A DNA stretch of 64,000 nt, from contig CBDAQM010000004.1 in the NCBI GenBank assembly GCA_965199095.1, forward strand, positions 209,031-273,030, written 5' to 3'. The notes below the pieces were generated by a model that ran no database searches, was not told the origin of the DNA, and worked only from the letters and a program-made list of their open reading frames with translations. The position numbers and the translations under genes were made by a program. Below, piece by piece: positions 1-8,042 of the stretch. Each line of letters opens with the position of its first letter. Within the stretch, counting starts at the first letter, position 1. This DNA comes from Acetobacteraceae bacterium (GTDB lineage: Bacteria; Pseudomonadota; Alphaproteobacteria; Acetobacterales; Acetobacteraceae).

Positions 1-444
1 CGGGCCGAGCACGTCAACAGCCTGGTCGACACGCGGCTCGGCCTGGCGCAGATGTCCGGCCATATCGGGGTCGACCTGGCGAAGTTCGACCCGGACCTGC
101 CGCTGGCCGATTTCGAGAAGGAGGAGGGCTCGCGCGGGTCGTTCGACGTCATCCTGCAAGGCACCAGGGCGGAGGGGCTGACGCTGGGCGAGGCGGCACG
201 GCGTTTCGCCACCAGCGAGTTGTGCCCGCAACTGATCGGCACGGCGGAGATGGTGGCCGACCAGTTGGTGGATTTGTTCGAGGACCATGCCTGCGACGGG
301 TTCGTGCTGACGCCGACCACCTTCCCAGGCATGTTCGAGCAATTCAGCCGCGCCGTGGTGCCGCTGCTGCAACGGCGCGGCGTGTTCCGCACGCACTACA
401 CCGGGCGCACGCTGCGCGATCACCTGCGCGCCCGCCGGGATTAG
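1..444 (+). CDS. NtaA/DszA/SnaA-family FMN-dependent (luciferase-like) monooxygenase, C-terminal fragment (5' end outside window)
   Basis: Frame 1 is open from base 1. The C-terminus (CDGFVLTPTTFPGMFEQFSRAVVPLLQRRGVFRTHYTGRTLRDHL) aligns colinearly with the C-terminus of the complete paralogue at 17615-18922. Confidence 0.8.
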   Translation, partial: RAEHVNSLVDTRLGLAQMSGHIGVDLAKFDPDLPLADFEKEEGSRGSFDVILQGTRAEGLTLGEAARRFATSELCPQLIGTAEMVADQLVDLFEDHACDGFVLTPTTFPGMFEQFSRAVVPLLQRRGVFRTHYTGRTLRDHLRARRD

Positions 445-550
445 GCGAGCCACGCGGACGCGCCGTCACGGCCAGCGTATGGCACACCGCTTGCTAACTT
501 GGGACATGGTCCGAACCCATCCCGGGTCCGGCTGGGAGGTCTGGCGGCAC

Positions 551-1822
551 ATGGTCTGGCAACAGGTGGCTACCCCTCTGCATCGCGCGTTGCTGCACGG
601 CTTCGCCGCCGCTTGCCTCGCCGCAACCATGCTGAGTGCGCCGCTTCGCGCGGAAACGCTCGGCCCGGTCACCGACGAGGTGGGGGTCGTCAAGATCCCG
701 AAGGGCCAACCGATCCTGATCGGCGGCCTGCTGGTGTTGTCCGGGCCGGACCTCTCCTTGGGCGTCGATGCATCGCGAGGGGCGGAGATCGCGTTCGACG
801 ATCACAAGAACATGCTGGTCGGCCATCCGATCAGGTATCTGCCGGAAGATGGCCAGTGCAGCGTGGAGGGTGGCCAGACCGCGGCCACCCGGCTGGCGGC
901 GAACAAGCAGATCGTGGCCGTGGTCGGCACGACGTGCTCCTCCGAATCGCGCGGCGGGTCGCCGGTGCTGTGGAATGCCGGCATGCCGCAGGCGGACCCG
1001 GCGGCCACCGCCCCCGCATTGACCGCCCCCGACCGACCCGTCGGCCTGCAAGGCATCGTCCGGTTCATCTACAACGATCTCAACGCCGCGGCCGCCGCGG
1101 TGAAATACGCGCAGAGCATCCACGTGACCAAGGTGGCCACCCTGCACGACGGCAGCCTGTATGCCCAGCAACTGGCCGACGCGTTCGCCACCCAGTTCAA
1201 GGCCGCCGGCGGCTCGGTCGTGGCGGCCGAGGCGGTCTCGCCCTCCGATACCGACCTGCGCCCGGTGCTGACGCGCATCGGCACCGCGAAGCCGGAATTG
1301 CTGTTCGCGCCCGACTTCACCGGCGTCTCCGCCTATCTCGTGCGCCAGGCGAAGGAGGTGCCGACCATGTCCGGCGTCCCCGTGCTGGGCACCGACGCGG
1401 TGCTTGCCCCGGCCTTCCTGGATGCCGCGGGCGACGCGGCCGTCGGCTACCGGCTGACCGGCATCGACAACGACCCGTCGCTGATGGGCTCGCAATATCC
1501 CGCCTTCCTGGCGAAGTACAAGGCGAAATACGGCGAGGACCCGATCGCAGGCTTCCATGCCAATGCGTATGATTGCGCGTTGGCGCTGATGACGGCGATC
1601 GAGAAGGTGGCCCAGACCGACGCCGCCGGCGACACCTATATCGGCCGCAAGGCGCTGCGCGACGCGTTGATGCACACCACCGACCTGGACGGCCTGACCG
1701 GCAAGCTGACCTGCGACCCGTATGGCGATTGCGGCTCCTCCCACTTCGCCGTGTTCGAATACACCAATGCCGACCCCTCGACGTTCAAGATCGGGACCAA
1801 CCCGAAGAAGGTGTACCCATAG
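551..1822 (+). CDS. HAAT/Liv-family ABC transporter periplasmic substrate-binding protein (LivJ-like)
   Basis: ORF 479-1822. Signal-like N-terminus (LLHGFAAACLAATMLSAPLRA), type I PBP-like body, followed by cognate permease and ATPase genes. Start set at ATG 551 (GGGAGG about 10 nt upstream); ATG 479 or 506 are also possible. Confidence 0.85.
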   Translation: MVWQQVATPLHRALLHGFAAACLAATMLSAPLRAETLGPVTDEVGVVKIPKGQPILIGGLLVLSGPDLSLGVDASRGAEIAFDDHKNMLVGHPIRYLPEDGQCSVEGGQTAATRLAANKQIVAVVGTTCSSESRGGSPVLWNAGMPQADPAATAPALTAPDRPVGLQGIVRFIYNDLNAAAAAVKYAQSIHVTKVATLHDGSLYAQQLADAFATQFKAAGGSVVAAEAVSPSDTDLRPVLTRIGTAKPELLFAPDFTGVSAYLVRQAKEVPTMSGVPVLGTDAVLAPAFLDAAGDAAVGYRLTGIDNDPSLMGSQYPAFLAKYKAKYGEDPIAGFHANAYDCALALMTAIEKVAQTDAAGDTYIGRKALRDALMHTTDLDGLTGKLTCDPYGDCGSSHFAVFEYTNADPSTFKIGTNPKKVYP

Positions 1823-1836
1823 CCCGGCGGCTGCCG

Positions 1837-2897
<1,061 letters not shown>

Positions 2898-2898
<1 letters not shown>

Positions 2899-4520
2899 TG
2901 GCCGGCGCGTCGGCCACGGCCCGGCCGCTGGGCTTGCCGGCAGGGTTGCGGCTCGGCGCGGCGACGGCCCTGTCGGTCGCCGCCACCTGCGCCTTCACGG
3001 TGCTGGTCGGGTTGTTCGGCCAGTTCAGCAACCGCGCGCTGGTGGTCGGCGTGGTGGATATCGGGCACGCGCTGATGCTGGCCGTGGCGATGGGCGGCGG
3101 CGCGGTGATGGCGCGGCGCAGCAGAACCTGGCTGGTGCTGCTCTCCGCCGCGCTTTCGGGGGCGGTCGCGGGCGCGCTGGTGATGGGGCTGGTGTTCGCC
3201 GCCAGGGCCGCGAACCTGCGCTGGATGCTGGTCTCGCTCACGCCGGTGACGCTGAACCGCGTCGGCTTCGGCCTGCCGGGCGGGCAGGCGACACTGCTGC
3301 TCGCGGCGGCCGGCCTCTGTGCGGCCGGGTTGGGGGCCGCGCTCGTGGTGTGTCCACCGCTGCTGCGCCGGGTGGTGCTGGGCGGGCTGGGCGGCGTGGT
3401 CACGGCCGGGCTGCTGCGGGAGCTGATCCGCAGCATCCTGGGCGGCATGGGCGGGGTGGACGAGTGGGGCTTCAACTATGACGGGCTGCTGCCGCCCGGC
3501 GCGGCCGCCGCGGCGGCGATCGGCGCGTTGGTGACGGTGCGGCCCGGCGCCGCGGCCTTCGCCCGCCTGCCGACCGGCGTGAAGCTGGCGGCCAAGCTGC
3601 TGTGCCTGTGCCTCGTGCTGGCGCTTCCGGCGCTGACCAACGACTTCGTGGCGCAGGTGATGATGCTGGTCTGCCTCTATACGTTGATGGGGCTCGGGCT
3701 GAACATCGAGCTGGGCTTGGCGGGCCTGGTCGACCTCGGCTTCGTCGCGTTCTTCGCCGTCGGCGCCTACACGGTCGCCTTGCTGACGGCGGGGCCGTCC
3801 GGCGCCGGGGGGCTGCTGCCGTTTTTCGCGGCGCTGCCATTCGCGATCCTGGCCGCGTCCGTGGCCGGGTTCCTGTTCGGGCTGCCGGTGCTGAAGGTGC
3901 GCGGGGATTACCTGGCCATCGCCACGCTCGGCCTGGGCGAAATCATCCGCGTGCTGGTCCTGTCCGACATGCTAAAGCCGCTGCTGGGCGGCGCGCAAGG
4001 CATCGTGAACCTGCCCAAGCCGGTGCTGTTCGGTATCGTGCTCAGCTCCCCCACGCAGCTTTTCTACATGACGCTCTGCCTGACCGCGGCGGCCGGCTAC
4101 GTCGCCTGGCGGGTGCAGCATTCCGGCCTCGGCCGCCGCTGGTTGGCCGTGCGGGAGGACGAGGACGTGGCCCAGGCGCTGGGCATCGCACTCGTCCGGG
4201 TCAAGCTGTCCGCCTACACCATGGGTGCGGCCTTCGCCGGGCTGGCGGGTGGCATCTTCGCCGGCATGGTCGGCTCCGTCTTCCCGCAGAGTTTTCAACT
4301 GCTGGTTTCGGTCAACGTCGTGGCGATCCTGATCGTGGGCGGCATCGGCAGCCTGTCCGGCGTGCTGGTCGGCGCCGCGGCCCTGATCGGCGCGCCCGAG
4401 GTGCTGCGGGACCTCGGCGAATACCGTTACCTGATCTACGGCCTGGTGGTGATCGCCGTGGTGCGGCTGAAGCCGGAGGGGCTGAGCCCGAAGGCCATCG
4501 CGCATCGGGAGCTGGTATGA
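2898..4520 (+). CDS. branched-chain-amino-acid-type ABC transporter permease (LivM-like) with long hydrophobic N-terminal extension
   Basis: ORF 2898-4520. The ATG overlaps the upstream TGA. The LivM-like core starts near residue 230 (LVCLYTLMGLGLNIELGLAGLVDLGFVAFFAVGAYT) and is preceded by ~230 aa of Gly/Ala/Leu-rich membrane segments. Confidence 0.85.
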
Positions 4521-5323
4521 GCGCGCTGCTGCTGTCCGCGCGCGACATCACCAAGCGCTACGGCGGCCTGCTGGCGATCGACAGGGTGAGCCTCGCGGTG
4601 CCGAAGGGCGCCATCCACGCGGTCATCGGGCCGAACGGCGCCGGCAAGACCACGCTGTTCAACTGCCTCACCTCCTTCGTGCATCCGACGGCCGGCGAGG
4701 TCCATCTGGACGGCGTCCGCATCGACGGGCTGCGGCCGGACGTGGTGGCGGGCCATGGCGTTGCGCGCACCTACCAGAACATCCGCCTGTTCCCCGACCT
4801 TACCGCGATCGAGAACATCATGGTCGGCGTCGACGCCAAGCGGCCCGAATCCTTGCTCGGCGCGTTGCTGGCCACGCCGGCCCATCGCCGCGGCGTGCGC
4901 GACACGGTGGAGCGCGCACGCACGCTGCTGTCGGCCGTGGGCTTGGCCGGCCGCGGGGACCGGCTGGCGCGCCACCTGCCCTACGGGGACCAGCGGCGGC
5001 TGGAAATCGCCCGGGCCATGGCGATCGAGCCGCTGCTGTTGCTGCTCGACGAGCCGGCGGCCGGCATGAACCCGGTCGAGAGCCACGCCATGCTGGAGCT
5101 GATCCGCACCCTGCGGGACACGCACGGCCTGACCATCCTGTTGATCGAGCACCAGATGCGGGTGGTGATGGGCATCTCCGAGCGGATCACCGTGCTCGAC
5201 CACGGCGCCGCCATCGCCGAGGGAACACCGGCCGAGATCCGCGCGGACCCGACCGTGATCACCGCCTATCTGGGCGCACGCGCTGCCCGGCACGGCATGG
5301 ACGCGCTGGAGGCACGCCCCTGA
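4517..5323 (+). CDS. ABC transporter ATP-binding protein (LivG-like)
   Basis: Internal ATG 4517 in ORF 3602-5323, in an ATGA overlap with the permease stop. Walker [10 protein letters not shown], signature-like YGDQRRLEIARA, Walker B LLLLDEPAAGM. Confidence 0.9.
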   Translation: MSALLLSARDITKRYGGLLAIDRVSLAVPKGAIHAVIGPNGAGKTTLFNCLTSFVHPTAGEVHLDGVRIDGLRPDVVAGHGVARTYQNIRLFPDLTAIENIMVGVDAKRPESLLGALLATPAHRRGVRDTVERARTLLSAVGLAGRGDRLARHLPYGDQRRLEIARAMAIEPLLLLLDEPAAGMNPVESHAMLELIRTLRDTHGLTILLIEHQMRVVMGISERITVLDHGAAIAEGTPAEIRADPTVITAYLGARAARHGMDALEARP

Positions 5324-6030
5324 GCGCGCTTTCAGCCACCGACCTGCATGTCAGCTACGGCAACATCCGGGCGCTGCGCGGCGTGTCGCTGACGGTGCCG
5401 GAGGGGACGATCTGCGCCGTGGTGGGGGCGAACGGCGCGGGCAAGACCACCATGCTGAACGCCCTCTGCGGCCTGCGCACGCTGACCGGCGGCCGGGTGA
5501 CGCTGGATGGGCGCGACGTGACGGCGGTGCCGGCGCACGACCTGGTGCCGCTTGGCTTGGTGCAGGTGCCGGAGGGCCGTCGGGTATTCGGCCGCCTCAC
5601 CGTGCGCGAGAACCTGCGTATGGGCGCGTTCCGGTGCCGCAGCCCGCGCGCGGTGCTGGCGGCCGAGCTGGAGCGCGTGCTCTGCCTGTTTCCCCGCCTG
5701 CGGGAACGGCTGACCCAGTTGGCCGGCACGTTGTCCGGCGGCGAGCAGCAGATGCTGGCGATGGGCCGGGCGCTCATGTCGCGTCCGCGCACCCTGCTGA
5801 TGGACGAGCCGAGCATGGGGCTGGCGCCGCAGGTGGTGGACCAGGTGTTCGAGACCATCCTCGCCATCAACAAGCTCGGCGTGACGGTGCTGCTGGTGGA
5901 GCAGAACGCGTTCATGGCGCTGGAGATCGCGCAGAGCGCCTACGTGCTGCAATCGGGCGAGGTGGTCCTGTCCGGCGCCGGGGCAGAGCTGATGGACAGC
6001 GACGCGGTGCGCGAGGCATACCTGGGCTGA
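5320..6030 (+). CDS. ABC transporter ATP-binding protein (LivF-like); start codon non-canonical or uncertain
   Basis: ORF 5383-6030 has [24 protein letters not shown] and LLMDEPSMGL, but the first canonical start (GTG 5383) removes the conserved N-terminal strand (..LSATDLHVSYGNIRALRG). The frame is open upstream and CTG 5320 overlaps the livG-like TGA. Confidence 0.8.
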   Translation: MSALSATDLHVSYGNIRALRGVSLTVPEGTICAVVGANGAGKTTMLNALCGLRTLTGGRVTLDGRDVTAVPAHDLVPLGLVQVPEGRRVFGRLTVRENLRMGAFRCRSPRAVLAAELERVLCLFPRLRERLTQLAGTLSGGEQQMLAMGRALMSRPRTLLMDEPSMGLAPQVVDQVFETILAINKLGVTVLLVEQNAFMALEIAQSAYVLQSGEVVLSGAGAELMDSDAVREAYLG

Positions 6031-6038
6031 CGGGCGTA

Positions 6039-6060
6039 TTTCTCCGTCTCCCGCTGGCGG
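6039..6060. repeat. 22-nt post-stop motif TTTCTCCGTCTCCCGCTGGCGG (second copy at 21466-21487)
   Basis: 21 of 22 nt identical to 21466-21487. Both copies begin 9-11 nt after the stop codon of a plus-strand gene that faces a convergent minus-strand gene. Confidence 0.6.
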
Positions 6061-7245
6061 TCAGGTGCCGGGAAGGCAGCCGGCGAAGCTTCGGCTGGTC
6101 ACCGCCTCGGCGGGGATGGCGGCGCCGGCCGTCGCATCGACAAAGCGCCGCGACGCCGGGGCGATGTTGACGGGGCCCACCGCCCACTCGCCGCAATGCG
6201 ACCGCACCCGGCCGCGGCTGTCCGCCACCTGGTTGTCCCGCATGGTGACCGGACCGGTCGCGTTGTCCACGTTGATGCCGAGCTGCGCCCGCCGGACGGT
6301 GTTGCCGACGATCACCCCGCCCGAGGTCGGCGAGTCATACCAGCCCCGCCCGCCGACCCCGAGACCGAAGCCGCACGCATAGGCCGGGCCGCAATCGATT
6401 GCATTCCCGGTGATGGCGGTGCCTGCGTAGTCGCCGCTGGTTTGCGGCCAGCCATGCACCAGCAGGCCGGCGAAGGCGCCCGCGCCCGGCGCCGCCGTCT
6501 CCTCCAACCGGTTCCCCGCCACCGTGCAGCGCAAGCAGCCGCCGAGCACGAGTTGCACGTCCGTGTTGTCGCGGAAGACATTGCCGCGCACGACGTCGTC
6601 GGCGCCGTCGATCAGCGTCAACCCGTCCGCCCACATGTTTGGCCGGTCATGCGTGCCGTTCGACAACACGGCGTTGTCTTCGAAGCGGAACCCGTCCGCA
6701 CCAGGGTCGACCACGACGGCGCTGTAGCAGGCGACGTCCCGCACCACGCTGTGCGTGATCGTCACCTGCGGCGCGGTGACGGCGATGCCGCCCATCAGCG
6801 GCCGGTCTGCGCCGGCGCAGGCGGCGGTGTCATCGCGCTGCGGGTCGGTCTTGCCGCCCTCCACCACCAGATGGTCCAAAGTGCTGCCAGTCCCCGCGAC
6901 GGTGATGGCGCGCCAGGCCAGGCCGCCCGAGGGCGCCATGCGCAGCACCAGCGTGGCGCATCCCATCGGTGCGTCGCCGCAGCTCGCCGGCCGTCCCGCC
7001 GTCGTGAGCGTCACCGGCTGCCGCAGCACCAGCGGCGCCGTGAGCACGAAGCGTTTGGGTGGCAAGGCCAGCATGACGCCGGCGGGCAGCGAATCGAGGC
7101 AGTCCTGCAGCACGGCTCCGCCCACGGCGGCGTCGCTGGACACCATGCGGCAGGCCCCGGTATCGGCCAGTTGCTGCCGGACGGCGCAGGCAGCCAATCC
7201 CGCCAGCAGCAGCGATGCCTGCAGGCTGAGCTGACGCCGGATCAT
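6061..7245 (-). CDS. predicted lipoprotein with right-handed parallel beta-helix (PbH1) repeats, cysteine-rich; function unknown
   Basis: ORF 6061-7245. N-terminus MIRRQLSLQASLLLAGLAAC carries a lipobox (L-A-A-C). Periodic GN/DN turns (DNAVLSNG, GNVFRDN, GNRLEE, GNAIDC, GNTVRR, DNQVAD) are typical of pectate-lyase-fold repeats. About 14 Cys. Confidence 0.6.
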   Translation of the reverse strand: MIRRQLSLQASLLLAGLAACAVRQQLADTGACRMVSSDAAVGGAVLQDCLDSLPAGVMLALPPKRFVLTAPLVLRQPVTLTTAGRPASCGDAPMGCATLVLRMAPSGGLAWRAITVAGTGSTLDHLVVEGGKTDPQRDDTAACAGADRPLMGGIAVTAPQVTITHSVVRDVACYSAVVVDPGADGFRFEDNAVLSNGTHDRPNMWADGLTLIDGADDVVRGNVFRDNTDVQLVLGGCLRCTVAGNRLEETAAPGAGAFAGLLVHGWPQTSGDYAGTAITGNAIDCGPAYACGFGLGVGGRGWYDSPTSGGVIVGNTVRRAQLGINVDNATGPVTMRDNQVADSRGRVRSHCGEWAVGPVNIAPASRRFVDATAGAAIPAEAVTSRSFAGCLPGT

Positions 7246-7249
7246 GCCG

Positions 7250-7771
7250 CTATTTGGCGGCGGCGATCGCCTTGACGATCACCGCTTCGGCGGCGGCCTT
7301 GTCGGCCCAGCCAGTGACCTTCACCCACTTGCCGGGCTCCAGGTCCTTGTAGCGGGTGAAGAAATGCTCGATCGCCTGGCGGGTGATCTCGGGCAAATCC
7401 TCGACCGCATGGACGGTCTTGTAGAGCGGGTGGATCTTGTCATGGGGCACGCAGATGATCTTCTCGTCCTGCCCGCTCTCATCCTCCATCTGCAGCATGC
7501 CGATCGGCCGGGCGCGGATGACGGCGCCGGGCACGACGTCCGCCGGGGTGAGCACCAGGGCATCCGCCGGATCGCCGTCGTCGGCCAGCGTTCCGGGGAT
7601 GAAGCCGTAGGCCGCCGGATAGGCCATCGGGGTGAACAGGAAGCGGTCGACGAACAGGGCGCCGCTGTCCTTTTCGACCTCGTATTTCACGGCCGAGCCC
7701 TTGGGGATTTCGATCACGACGTTGATGTCGTGCGGCGGCTCCTTGCCGGTGGCGATCTTGGCGACGTCCAT
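7250..7771 (-). CDS. ppa: inorganic pyrophosphatase (family I)
   Basis: Internal ATG (Met27 of ORF 7250-7849). [58 protein letters not shown] is the canonical family I PPase core. Confidence 0.95.
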   Translation of the reverse strand: MDVAKIATGKEPPHDINVVIEIPKGSAVKYEVEKDSGALFVDRFLFTPMAYPAAYGFIPGTLADDGDPADALVLTPADVVPGAVIRARPIGMLQMEDESGQDEKIICVPHDKIHPLYKTVHAVEDLPEITRQAIEHFFTRYKDLEPGKWVKVTGWADKAAAEAVIVKAIAAAK

Positions 7772-7864
7772 GGTGTTCCCCGGGTGTTCGAACTGGCCGG
7801 ACCCTACCCACCGGGCCGAACCTTGCCAAGGCAGGGTGCGCCGGGGCATGGAATGGCGGCGTGT

Positions 7865-7938
7865 GCGCCTGTAGCTCAGTTGGTTAGAGCGGGCCGCTCA
7901 TAACGGCTTGGTCGCAGGTTCGAATCCTGCCGGGCGCA
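7865..7938 (+). tRNA. tRNA with CAU anticodon (Met by anticodon; Ile2/lysidine type is possible)
   Basis: Cloverleaf folded by hand. Acceptor GCGCCTG/CGGGCGC, D arm GCTC-AGTTGGTTA-GAGC, anticodon arm GGCCG-CTCATAA-CGGCT (CAT at 7899-7901), T arm GCAGG-TTCGAAT-CCTGC, discriminator A. CCA is not encoded. Confidence 0.9.
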
Positions 7939-7969
7939 TGCGCGAGCGGACCGTCTGACCATAACCTGC

Positions 7970-7992
7970 TTGACCTTCCGACCCTGGGAAGG
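7970..7992 (+). promoter_or_regulatory. CueR/HmrR (MerR-family) type operator embedded in a long-spacer promoter upstream of the copper ATPase
   Basis: TTGACC (7970-7975) overlaps the perfect dyad CCTTCC-N7-GGAAGG (7974-7992), the same arrangement as the E. coli copA promoter (TTGACCTTCC..GGAAGG). A 19-nt spacer leads to a weak -10 (CATGTC). The site lies 50 nt upstream of ATG 8043. Confidence 0.55.
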
Positions 7993-8042
7993 CCCATGTC
8001 CATCGCCTGGCCGGCGTCAGGCGGCCATGCGGAGGGGATACG

